Below, in pieces: positions 19,998 to 28,667 of a DNA stretch of 64,000 nt; positions within the stretch are counted from its first letter, which is position 1, and every line of letters begins with the position of its first letter. Source of the DNA: an uncultured Gammaproteobacteria bacterium. GTDB lineage: Bacteria > Patescibacteriota > Patescibacteriia > UBA9934 > GWF2-40-263. The position numbers and the translations under genes are program-made. The DNA lies in contig CAYOCD010000001.1 in assembly GCA_964402425.1 (NCBI GenBank), positions 82,934-146,933 of the forward strand, given 5' to 3'. The notes below the pieces were generated by a model. The model had not been told where the DNA came from, ran no database searches, and saw only the letters and a program-made list of their open reading frames with translations.

Positions 19998-20963
19998 TTA
20001 CGGGGTGGGGCACGAGGCGCCGGGCTTGGCGACCAGGAAGTACGCCGAGCAGCCGCCGTCCTTGAGGACCGTCTTCACGCTGGACGTATTATACGTCTGG
20101 CCGAACAGCGTGGCCGTAATCGTGGGTTGCGAGTTGAGAACTGCCGTCGAACTTCCCATGCAGAGCCACCCTTGTGGCTGGTCCACATTGAAGCGCAAAT
20201 ACGTGCAGTTGCTCTGAGTGAGATTGCCAAGGTCGACGCTGAGCGATGCATTCATCGTCCAGGCCTGGGGCTTCCAGTCCGTGAACGAGGTATCGGGCGT
20301 AATGCCATAGCTCAAGCGGCGGTAGGCGCTGTCCGGGTACGTCACCGTGAGGGTGTTGTTGCCCGTAGGTGCCGTGCAGCCTTCGTCGATCAGACCGTCG
20401 CAGTCGTTGTCTTTGCTGTCGGCGCAGACTTCCGCGGTTGCTACGCATGGAGCGACGCAACCTTCGTCCGCCTGGCCATCGCAATCGTTGTCCTTGTTGT
20501 CGCCGCAGACCTCATTGGTCGGGACGCACTGTGCGGCACAACCTTCGTCAACCTGCCCGTTGCAGTTGTTGTCGACGTTGTCGCCGCACTTCTCCGGAAC
20601 ACCCGGATTTACGTTGACGTTGTTGTCATTGCAGTCGCCCTGCTTGGGGGCGGTACTGCAGTAGCCATCGCCGTCACCGTCGGTGCAGTTCGTCGAGACA
20701 CACTGTGACTGGTAGTCGTTGCAGCAGTCCTTGTTGACCACACACTCGGCGTCGCATTGACATTGTGCCTTGTTGTTGTACGCCGTGCCACACTTGCCTT
20801 GGCAAGTGGGCGCCGGCGCCGTGTCGGTCGAGTCGCGGCCGGAGGCCGTCGAGTCGACCGAAACGGCCGTGTCGGACTCCTCGTTGATGTCGAACGGCTC
20901 GTGAGAGCCACAGGCCGCCACGATGGCGAGGGAAAGAATCAAACAAGCGGGGATGTAACGCAT
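19998..20963 (-). CDS. Lipoprotein with somatomedin-B-like domain and PF11617-like repeats
   Basis: MRYIPACLILSLAIVAAC lipobox, GGAG SD; CQGKC...CQCDAECVVNKDCCNDYQSQC; three ExC.D..DNxC.G..DEGC units. Confidence 0.85.
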   Translation of the reverse strand: MRYIPACLILSLAIVAACGSHEPFDINEESDTAVSVDSTASGRDSTDTAPAPTCQGKCGTAYNNKAQCQCDAECVVNKDCCNDYQSQCVSTNCTDGDGDGYCSTAPKQGDCNDNNVNVNPGVPEKCGDNVDNNCNGQVDEGCAAQCVPTNEVCGDNKDNDCDGQADEGCVAPCVATAEVCADSKDNDCDGLIDEGCTAPTGNNTLTVTYPDSAYRRLSYGITPDTSFTDWKPQAWTMNASLSVDLGNLTQSNCTYLRFNVDQPQGWLCMGSSTAVLNSQPTITATLFGQTYNTSSVKTVLKDGGCSAYFLVAKPGASCPTP

Positions 20964-21144
20964 GAAACACTCCAGTCGGACGCATGAAGCGCGCGACGTT
21001 CTGTTGCCCGGCCCTGATGCCGGAGCAGTTGCCTGCTTTCACCGAAACCATATCGGCTGCATCAGGACAAACATCGATACAACAATGTTCTATCGATATT
21101 TATCACGACACAATTTATGTAAAATGTACCTTAATGAACGTTGA

Positions 21145-21173
21145 ATAGTATCACAATTCTCTGATTTTGTCAA
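21145..21173 (-). promoter_or_regulatory. Sigma-70-type promoter
   Basis: TTGACA-17bp-TACTAT. Confidence 0.7.
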
Positions 21174-21279
21174 GGGGAAGGGCTGAAAAGGCGAGAGAGG
21201 CTTGAGATGCTTGAGAGGCTTTAGAAACGCGCTTTCTTCGACATCTCAAACCTCTCAAGCCTTTCTTACAGCCTTCCCC
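21174..21279. repeat. 9-nt-periodic inverted repeat (type B)
   Basis: Purine arm then pyrimidine arm, abutting the -35 box. Confidence 0.85.
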
Positions 21280-21362
21280 AAAAAAAACAGCTCTCTCAAT
21301 CCATTCCCGAAGGAAATTCATGAGAGAGCCGAGAGGGCCACCAACGTCGCGAGAGTCTGCGA

Positions 21363-22883
21363 CTACTTGGGGCCGAAGCCAAAGTTGATGCCGGCCGAGA
21401 AGGCGGCGAACGGGCTGGTATCGCTACCCTTGCCCGCGCCGTAACTCTCGACACCCACGGTCGCACGAGCTTGGAAGCCAACCTTGAAGTTAGTGCCGGA
21501 AGTCGTGGAGACGTAGGAGAGGCCAGCACCGCCGCCGCGCGAATAAGAGTTCGCGCCAACGACCGAGCCTCCCGCATCGTGCTGAAGGAACATGGCGTGG
21601 ACACCGAAGCCGTAGAGCGCCTTGAAGGTCACTTCCGCACCACCTTGGTAGGCGATGCTCGATTCCCAACCCTTCGGACCGTCATCCGCAAGCGGAAGCA
21701 GGTTGAAGAAGCCGTTGAACCGACCAGTCTCGTTGGCGTAGCCCAGGTTCAGACCGACGTAGCCACCCGGTGACGTGTTGCCACGCATCTGGTAGACCTT
21801 GCCGTTCTTGGTGACGTGAGCGTCGTGACCGAGGAGCGCTGCACCACCGAGCGAAAGCTCAACGAGGACACCCTGCTTCTCCAGTTCCGTGACGGTCGCG
21901 ATGACCTGGTCGGCCTTTGCTTCAGCTTCGGTCGAACGATCGATCGCGGCTTGCGCCTTGGTGTCGATCGCCGCTTCCGCCGCCTTCGCACGAGCTTCCT
22001 CGTTCGCGATGGCCGTCTTCTGCTCCGCGAGGGCCGTGTCAAAAGCACTAAGCTGCTCGGTGTGACCCTGCAGCGCCGCGTCGAAGGTGTTGACCTTGGC
22101 CGAAGCCGCGTCCGCAACCTTCTTCGCATCGTCCGCCGTGGCCTGAGCCTTGGCGATCGGAGCGCTGTAGTCGACGCCGCGCACTGCCTTGGCCGAAGCC
22201 TTGGGAGCGGGAGCAGCGGGATCTGCCGGCGTCACCGAGCCCGGGAGGGGCGCGGCGGCGGACGGAGTGCGACGAACAGCCTTGGCCTTAGGAGCGCCGG
22301 GGCAGGTCGGACACGCGGTGGGACGAACCTTCTTGCACTTGTCCTGATCCTGCAGCGTCGGGCTGTACGAGTCAGGAACGAAGTTCAACACTCCGTCACA
22401 ATCCACATCCACCGAACGGTAACCAGTTGCCGGAGTCAGCTTGCCACCCGTGAAGTCCACGGTGCAGTTGCCAGCCTTGCACGCCAGGATGTCCTTGAGG
22501 AGCCGAAGCTCCGAGGACGACTTGGGCGTGATCGAACGGCCGAGGCCACGCGCGAAACGCGCAACCACATCCGGACCACCGACGACGTTCAGCGACGCAG
22601 TGTCGCCGCTCGCCGTCTCCCAAGCACTCACCTTGCAGTCATTGTTCAGGCCATCGTCCCACAACTTGGGGTCGGCGGCCTCGTTGATGCCGGGGTTGAT
22701 ATCGGCATGCTGATCGTCGCAGTCACCACACTTAATGGCGCCGGGGGGCAGAACATTGCAGACAGCGTCGCACACTGCGTACTTGTCGCCATCATCATTC
22801 TTGCACTCCACCGGAGCCGCGAAAGCGGACGAGGAAACGATCGTGGCCGCGAGGGCCAACAACAACAGGGAAAACTTCTTCAT
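21363..22883 (-). CDS. Secreted protein: Cys/Asp motif, Pro/Ala linker, coiled coil and predicted C-terminal beta-barrel
   Basis: Start MKKFSLL with AAGGAG SD and AFA signal-peptidase site; Ala/Lys/Glu helical stretch; alternating amphipathic strands ending AGINFGFGPK. Confidence 0.75.
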   Translation of the reverse strand: MKKFSLLLLALAATIVSSSAFAAPVECKNDDGDKYAVCDAVCNVLPPGAIKCGDCDDQHADINPGINEAADPKLWDDGLNNDCKVSAWETASGDTASLNVVGGPDVVARFARGLGRSITPKSSSELRLLKDILACKAGNCTVDFTGGKLTPATGYRSVDVDCDGVLNFVPDSYSPTLQDQDKCKKVRPTACPTCPGAPKAKAVRRTPSAAAPLPGSVTPADPAAPAPKASAKAVRGVDYSAPIAKAQATADDAKKVADAASAKVNTFDAALQGHTEQLSAFDTALAEQKTAIANEEARAKAAEAAIDTKAQAAIDRSTEAEAKADQVIATVTELEKQGVLVELSLGGAALLGHDAHVTKNGKVYQMRGNTSPGGYVGLNLGYANETGRFNGFFNLLPLADDGPKGWESSIAYQGGAEVTFKALYGFGVHAMFLQHDAGGSVVGANSYSRGGGAGLSYVSTTSGTNFKVGFQARATVGVESYGAGKGSDTSPFAAFSAGINFGFGPK

Positions 22884-23203
22884 CGGGAACTCCTTGGGCA
22901 TCGCCCAGGTGATGGGAACACTACTGTCCCCTCGGGGTGTAGAGTTTGGGAAACCTATCCCTTACTCCACTCACGTCACCCCGAGGGGTTGACGCGTAGC
23001 CTTGGAATCCATTCTTTTGAAGAACTTCATCCGCGACCAGTGCAAATAAACCAATGATTTACTTGAATTGATCGCGGACTCAAGTGGTTCGGCTTCTTTT
23101 ACAACAAGGAGGAATGTGTGAAAGAGGTCAAACCGCTTGAAAACACGAGTTTTACTAAATTGCTTGGAAATGAACTGTTCACTGCCTCATTACTGAACGG
23201 AGA

Positions 23204-23232
23204 ACTATATCATAATTTTGCAATTTTGTCAA
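23204..23232 (-). promoter_or_regulatory. Sigma-70-type promoter (about 315-nt leader)
   Basis: TTGACA-17bp-TATAGT. Confidence 0.7.
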
Positions 23233-23262
23233 GAGATCCATGACATCATCCACAGGTGTGGG

Positions 23263-23291
23263 TTGACCAAAAAGGCACAATTCTTTATACT
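23263..23291 (+). promoter_or_regulatory. Sigma-70-type promoter with no downstream coding gene
   Basis: TTGACC-17bp-TATACT. Confidence 0.65.
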
Positions 23292-23296
23292 ATTGG

Positions 23297-23436
23297 GGTC
23301 TTCTGAAGCTCTTTTCCCAAAAGAAAAACAGCCCGTCGGACAACAAAAAGAACGCTCCTATGGCTTGGGAGCAGCGGTTTCCGCGTCTCCTCCTCGCGAA
23401 AACATGCCAGTCCCAAGCTCTAAGAGGGTTTTTTTA
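23297..23436 (+). ncRNA. Candidate small RNA: long hairpin with UCUCCUCCU loop, ending in a U-run
   Basis: Promoter upstream; stems gcttggga/tcccaagc, gttt/aaac and cgcg/cgcg; T-run at 23429-23435. Confidence 0.45.
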
Positions 23437-23439
23437 TTT

Positions 23440-23496
23440 GGGAAGGCGAGAGAGGTTTGAGAGACTGGAGATGCTTGAGAGGCCGAAGAGAAGGCC
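23440..23496. repeat. Type B 9-mer purine arm flanking the four-helix-bundle gene
   Basis: GGGAAGGCGAGAGAGGTTTGAGAGACTGGAGATGCTTGAGAGGCCGAAG, complementary to 23881-23929. Confidence 0.85.
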
Positions 23497-23506
23497 AAAA
23501 AAACAG

Positions 23507-23875
23507 TCAATTGTCTGGATAGACGATTGACTGTTTGTATTTTCTAAGAAGAAAGTCTGCTCTGGCTCTAATATCTTCCAAAAATTCGTAGGATATCTCA
23601 TCAAGAAAACCTAATGAATATGAGATCTCGAGAAAAAAAGCACATTCTTTCGAAGAACCCTCTGCAATATTTAAATATCGAATAAAGTCTTTTTGTGATT
23701 GTGTAGCTCGTCCTTCAACAATATTCGCAGGAATAGAGAGTGCTGCCCGACGCAACTGTGACGTAATTCCAAATATCTCCTGTTTAGGAAATGACTCTGT
23801 TTTTTTATAAACCTCAATGACAAACTTATTGGCTTCCTGCCAAGCTAATATTTTATGATACGGCTGTTGTTTCAT
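23507..23875 (-). CDS. Four-helix-bundle protein (23S rRNA IVP / TIGR02436 family)
   Basis: 'WQEA...FPKQEIFGITSQLRRAALSIPANIVEG...FIRYLNIAEGSSKE'. Confidence 0.92.
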   Translation of the reverse strand: MKQQPYHKILAWQEANKFVIEVYKKTESFPKQEIFGITSQLRRAALSIPANIVEGRATQSQKDFIRYLNIAEGSSKECAFFLEISYSLGFLDEISYEFLEDIRARADFLLRKYKQSIVYPDN

Positions 23876-23880
23876 ATTTT

Positions 23881-23929
23881 CTTCGGCCTCTCAAACATCT
23901 CCAACCTCTCTCGCCTCTCCAGCCTTCCC
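23881..23929. repeat. Type B 9-mer pyrimidine arm flanking the four-helix-bundle gene
   Basis: CTTCGGCCTCTCAAACATCTCCAACCTCTCTCGCCTCTCCAGCCTTCCC. Confidence 0.85.
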
Positions 23930-24571
23930 CTACTCTTCATGCACAAACTGGTGACGGCGGCGGATGCGCTCAAGATGTAAAAGGATATTTGCGACTCCGA
24001 CCAATCCCCCAAGAAAAAACCCAGATGCAATGTTTGCAAGAATATTTGGCTTCACAGGCCACTGTGAACTAAGCGGAGCATCAACCAAACGCATTTGGAC
24101 ACTTCCACCAGACGTATATTCTTTTACATGCTGCGTCAGAACAAACGCGATTGCACGAACCAATTGTTCTGCTTGTGTGACATCTGTGTGATAAGCGGTA
24201 ATGGTGAGCAATCCTGTTCCGTGCGAGACGGCTGCATCAACCGTACGCGCCCATTCGCGACGTCGTTTAATATCATCTTTTGGAAAGTTCTTTGTATCAA
24301 CTTGGAATCCACTTGAAAATACTTGATCAAAGAAAGTACTTGTATACACAATTGTTGAAAGATTTTCTGCAATGCGCTCTTCTGAACGTGAGGCTGTATA
24401 GGCATCAACAGATGATCCAAGATCTTGCAAAATAAGCAATCGAACTGTGGACGAATATCTGAGAGGTTGAATAAACGAAATAATAAGTGCAAGGACGAGT
24501 CCAAGCAATCCAAACAAAATAATTGTTTGCCATCGTCGAAAAAGTTCTCGTGTGTAGTTAAAAGAAGCCAT
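23930..24571 (-). CDS. Wzz/CapA-like polysaccharide chain-length determinant
   Basis: Two TM helices; 'QPLRYSSTVRLLI' and 'PVKPNILAN...G' motifs. Confidence 0.7.
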   Translation of the reverse strand: MASFNYTRELFRRWQTIILFGLLGLVLALIISFIQPLRYSSTVRLLILQDLGSSVDAYTASRSEERIAENLSTIVYTSTFFDQVFSSGFQVDTKNFPKDDIKRRREWARTVDAAVSHGTGLLTITAYHTDVTQAEQLVRAIAFVLTQHVKEYTSGGSVQMRLVDAPLSSQWPVKPNILANIASGFFLGGLVGVANILLHLERIRRRHQFVHEE

Positions 24572-24588
24572 ACACTAGATAGTATATC

Positions 24589-25677
24589 CTATTTATTATA
24601 TTCCCCCAAAACAACCTCGATTATTTTCTTTTCTCCAGCACGGTCAATCGTGAGACTGATCATATCTCCCGGACGTGTAGACAAAAGACGTTCACTTAAT
24701 CCACGCGAATAATTTATCTCTTGTTCGTCCATCGCAAGAAGAATATCTCCTTCCCTTAATCCAGCCTTTGCTGCTGGACTTCCCTTTTTTATTGCAGCTG
24801 GACCAGCAATATACGCTCCAACCTGATGCCCACGACGCAAGGCATCAGAAAAACCAACTGTGTGTGCAAGATCAAGATAAGTAATTCCAAGTGCTGGGTG
24901 AGAAAGATTTTTCTTTTCAAGAAGCGCATTGAGCGAAGGTAAAACGTGCTCAAATGGAACCAAGATTACTTGTGAATCTTTTTTAGATGCAAATCCAACA
25001 AATGATCCAGACAAATCAAAAATTGGAGCGCTTGCGCTATTTACACTTGTAGAAAGCAACAGATTACGTGAAGGAATATCCGACGACAGAAGTGTTCCTT
25101 GTTGCCAGAGATGTTGAGCAACGAACGCTTGAGAGAATTGATCTACGCGCATACTCACAAACAACTGATCCCCCACAGACAAATCAAACGCATTTCCAAA
25201 ACGAACCACTGATAAATTGTTCGCTGCGCATTTCAAAAAAACAGTCTGCGTTAATGGATCAACCACAACACGCGTAACATCAAGCACCTGATCTTTTATT
25301 TGAACGGAAAGCGCATCTGCAGAAAGTTGCGAAAGCATGGGGGCAATAATCCATCCATCAGAAGTCACCACAACCCCTGTTCCAATCGATGCATCTTGTG
25401 TATATCCATACGCTGTTTTTGCCGACGTTGGAAAAATAGAAACAACACTCGCAAGCGTCACATCTGAAAAATGCTTCGTTGCTTCTGCATAGGAATTAGG
25501 GAATGCTTTTGGACCAGTTTCATCCAAATTCAATGGACGTGTTAATTGATTCAATTGAAGTGCATAATCAGACAAATACGAATTTGTCATGGCTGTCGCA
25601 AGCACTCCACTTGCTGCACCAAGAGCAATCGATAAGAGAACAACATGAGCGATTCTGGAGGTGAACATTTTTTTCAT
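24589..25677 (-). CDS. Degenerate HtrA-like trypsin-fold + PDZ protein (catalytic triad apparently lost)
   Basis: 'GTGVVVTSDGWII' without the His; 'NSASAP' in place of GNSGGP; PDZ 'GSPAAKAGLREGDI'. Confidence 0.7.
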   Translation of the reverse strand: MKKMFTSRIAHVVLLSIALGAASGVLATAMTNSYLSDYALQLNQLTRPLNLDETGPKAFPNSYAEATKHFSDVTLASVVSIFPTSAKTAYGYTQDASIGTGVVVTSDGWIIAPMLSQLSADALSVQIKDQVLDVTRVVVDPLTQTVFLKCAANNLSVVRFGNAFDLSVGDQLFVSMRVDQFSQAFVAQHLWQQGTLLSSDIPSRNLLLSTSVNSASAPIFDLSGSFVGFASKKDSQVILVPFEHVLPSLNALLEKKNLSHPALGITYLDLAHTVGFSDALRRGHQVGAYIAGPAAIKKGSPAAKAGLREGDILLAMDEQEINYSRGLSERLLSTRPGDMISLTIDRAGEKKIIEVVLGEYNK

Positions 25678-25695
25678 AAAGTATTTACAAAATAA

Positions 25696-26460
25696 CTACA
25701 GCCATTTTGAGCTCACAGCGACAATTAAAAGAAGAATGATCGAAGTGAATACATAACGCTTAATCACCTCACGTGAGAGCTTATGTAAAGCTTCCGTTCG
25801 CGTCAACCCAAAAAAGGCGTACGAGAAAATTGTCATGAATGCGGCGTTCGTATAAAAACCCGTCGGGAAAAAAGTAATACAGACAAATAATTCCGTAAGA
25901 ATAATCGCTCCAAACAACGCGTACAGATGTGAACGGAATGATTCTGCTTTTGTAACCCACAAAACACCATACACCAAGAAAAAACTCAGCAGAAAAAAGA
26001 GCAGTGCCAAAAATGAAAGGGGAATCTGAATTAATAATCGTGTAGCAAAGGCAAAACTGCTAAAGAAAAAAATCGAGAGAAGATTTAATAACGACGCAAG
26101 ATGCTCTAAAGAAAATGGTTGATAATGCGATGGAAGGTGAGTATAAAGAAAAACGAACTCTGTAAATAAAACTAAAAGGAACGTGCTTACGACAGCAAGA
26201 GCAATACTGACCCATAAGGTTTCAAACAAAAAGAGCATGCCAAACGAGGACAGAAAAAAGAAACAGGCAATTCCAAGAAAAAACCAAAAGGAAAATTCCT
26301 GCGCGCGCCAGCGCAATAATCTTGCGACAAGCAAAGCAACGCACACAAAACTTACCCCCAAGGCAACAACAGGATGTATTACACGAAACACGAACATCGC
26401 ATACCCCAAAAGAGCAACGATTGCGACCAGAAATGGGGTGATACGATAAAGTAAGATCAT
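25696..26460 (-). CDS. Polytopic membrane protein
   Basis: About nine hydrophobic helices; lies within an operon. Confidence 0.7.
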   Translation of the reverse strand: MILLYRITPFLVAIVALLGYAMFVFRVIHPVVALGVSFVCVALLVARLLRWRAQEFSFWFFLGIACFFFLSSFGMLFLFETLWVSIALAVVSTFLLVLFTEFVFLYTHLPSHYQPFSLEHLASLLNLLSIFFFSSFAFATRLLIQIPLSFLALLFFLLSFFLVYGVLWVTKAESFRSHLYALFGAIILTELFVCITFFPTGFYTNAAFMTIFSYAFFGLTRTEALHKLSREVIKRYVFTSIILLLIVAVSSKWL

Positions 26461-26464
26461 ACAA

Positions 26465-27217
26465 CTATTTTTGAATCTGAACAGTAAATGTTCCAGATGC
26501 GCTTAAAATTCCTTTTTGTGTTGTGAGCGAATCAACATGCATATATGAACTAAGCGATTTGTTCAATGTACCCAATTCACGGTTCACAAACGGTTGAACA
26601 AATGAAGCAATCAACATGTTTGGAACATGAAAAGAGCCAAGTTTGACATCTATCAAATTTAAAGCAAAAACACCTTGATCTGCATGCAGAGAAAAACGTA
26701 TTGCAAGCGCCGTAATATTTTTATTGGGTTGTATCGGCAAAAACAGTTCAAATTCCTGCCCTTCTAATACAGCAATCTGTGCACGATTGGCAACTATGCG
26801 CGTTTCCCCTGATTGCTTTAATCCGTTTTGCAGCGAAGTTGTCAGAGAAGACTCTGGCAATGCAAGGACAATGGAACGATCTGCCAAAACGCCTCCCCCA
26901 TCCTGTAATCGTTTTAAAAGCGTTGCTTTAAAAAACGATTCGGAATGTTGTTCTACAGAAACACCCGGTTTAATCACACGAACAGGCCGAACATCAGAAT
27001 AGGCAAGCGTGGAAAAAACAGGAATCGTAATAAGTCCCGTTGCTGCCACTTGCCAAGCAAGGAACCCAACAAAAAGAATGAAACAAGCAAAAATAAAAGA
27101 CAAACAAGAAAAACGTCCACCTGTTTTTTTCTTTTGTTCTCCAAACGTTTCCACAACCTCATCCTTTATGTACGAGGAGGGTTTTTGTGATTCGTCTATT
27201 TTTTCAACACGACTCAT
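26465..27217 (-). CDS. Membrane-anchored hypothetical protein
   Basis: Single TM; start overlaps the upstream stop (ATGA). Confidence 0.65.
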   Translation of the reverse strand: MSRVEKIDESQKPSSYIKDEVVETFGEQKKKTGGRFSCLSFIFACFILFVGFLAWQVAATGLITIPVFSTLAYSDVRPVRVIKPGVSVEQHSESFFKATLLKRLQDGGGVLADRSIVLALPESSLTTSLQNGLKQSGETRIVANRAQIAVLEGQEFELFLPIQPNKNITALAIRFSLHADQGVFALNLIDVKLGSFHVPNMLIASFVQPFVNRELGTLNKSLSSYMHVDSLTTQKGILSASGTFTVQIQK

Positions 27218-27624
27218 AGGCTTAACCAATTCGTTTGTGAAATGATTTGTTTTATTTGCATATATCCCTCCATAACATCTTGCGGATTTGCCACAAAGCC
27301 CTGCTTCATTTTCTGAAGAAAAATAGCAAGAGTGAGGTGGAGATCTTTTTCTTGCACCGGAACGCGCATTGTGAGAAGTGTGCTAAGTGTTTGATCTGTT
27401 AGTTGTGCACGCACAGATAGATCCTGTGTTGTATCAAATGCTGTCACAAATTTTTTCAACACAATTTTAAGTGCCTCTTGATATTGCTTATCTGATACAG
27501 GTGGTGTTTGTATAACAACATCTTTTTGTCCTGCAAGTTTTGGCGAAGCGGAAAAAACAAATCCTGTTACAAGGATAAGCGTAAGTGCAAGCACGAGAAA
27601 AGGAAAGAACGATGTGTGTTTCAT
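27214..27624 (-). CDS. Hypothetical exported protein
   Basis: N-terminal hydrophobic segment; ATGA overlaps. Confidence 0.6.
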   Translation of the reverse strand: MKHTSFFPFLVLALTLILVTGFVFSASPKLAGQKDVVIQTPPVSDKQYQEALKIVLKKFVTAFDTTQDLSVRAQLTDQTLSTLLTMRVPVQEKDLHLTLAIFLQKMKQGFVANPQDVMEGYMQIKQIISQTNWLSL

Positions 27625-28649
27625 AAACGCGTTTGTTGAACAAATAAATCTTCTGCTATAACGGTAAGCATCATCGCAACAGGAATCGCAAAAAATGCAC
27701 CAGGAATTCCTCCTAGTTTTACTCCGATAAGAAGCGCAATAATACTCACAATCGGATTCAATCCTGTTGCTCTTTGCATAACCTTTGGAACAAGGATGTG
27801 ATTTTCAATTTGCTGAATAATCACATACAACCCAAGAACAATTAACCCGAGTGTGGGAGATTGTGTAAAGGCAATCATTACAGCGGGAATCGCCGAAAAA
27901 ATAGGACCAACATATGGAACCATCTCAAATAATCCCGCAATCACAGCAAGCAACAATGCATACCGAACGTTTAAAAGAGATAACCCAATATAACTCACAA
28001 ATCCGATCACAAATCCAAGAAATAACTGTCCACGAAGCCATGCCCCAATTTTTACCTGCATTTTTTTCATGAGCTCTGAAAGATATGGTTGATATTCAAT
28101 CGGTGCAAGAGATTTAAAATATCTTTGCATCTTCTCCCCTTCTGCAACCATATAAAACGTCAGCACTAAAATCACCAATCCTGTAACCAATCCTCCAAAA
28201 AACCCTTTCACGGTTGAAAAAAAAGATTGAGAAGTTTGAGAGACAGCTCCTTCAATTCCTTGAAGAGTCTTTAAAATATCTTGTGATAGTCCATGTTGAA
28301 CGGAAAATGTTTGCAATCGCGCAAATGTTTGTTCAATCTCAATAAAAAACGAACTCGCACTTGAAGTCACTTGAGTAAATTGTTCTGTCACAATTGGTGT
28401 AAGTCCAAGAAAAACCAAAATAACAACCGTCAACAACACAATATACACAATCAAAACGGAAAGCGCGCGAGGAATATTCTTTTTTGAAAACCAATCTGCA
28501 AATGGCTCAATAAGTGCCGCAAGAAGAAGCGATGCAAAAAAGATAATAACGATTTCATGGATGTACCACAAAAATCCCATCAAAAGAACAATAAGAGCGG
28601 CTTTTATAAATGTTCCTGTGGAAATCGTGACTTGATGATTCGACTTCAT
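27621..28649 (-). CDS. AI-2E family transporter
   Basis: 'WLRGQ', 'VPYVGP', 'IQQIENHILVPKVM...GLNP' motifs. Confidence 0.9.
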   Translation of the reverse strand: MKSNHQVTISTGTFIKAALIVLLMGFLWYIHEIVIIFFASLLLAALIEPFADWFSKKNIPRALSVLIVYIVLLTVVILVFLGLTPIVTEQFTQVTSSASSFFIEIEQTFARLQTFSVQHGLSQDILKTLQGIEGAVSQTSQSFFSTVKGFFGGLVTGLVILVLTFYMVAEGEKMQRYFKSLAPIEYQPYLSELMKKMQVKIGAWLRGQLFLGFVIGFVSYIGLSLLNVRYALLLAVIAGLFEMVPYVGPIFSAIPAVMIAFTQSPTLGLIVLGLYVIIQQIENHILVPKVMQRATGLNPIVSIIALLIGVKLGGIPGAFFAIPVAMMLTVIAEDLFVQQTRL

Positions 28650-28667
28650 AATAATGACAGTATAACA

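Noticed and set aside
18283-21279. CRISPR array
   Set aside because: The repeats are degenerate 9-mers in inverted arms kilobases apart, with no regular spacers and no cas genes
18461-23057. Long plus-strand ORFs (357, 239 and 413 aa) over the GC-rich cluster
   Set aside because: Antisense shadows of GC-rich genes; the minus-strand frames have SDs, signal peptides and recognisable motifs
23507-23875. Diversity-generating retroelement (Avd-like gene)
   Set aside because: No reverse transcriptase and no adenine-mismatched TR/VR pair were seen in the window
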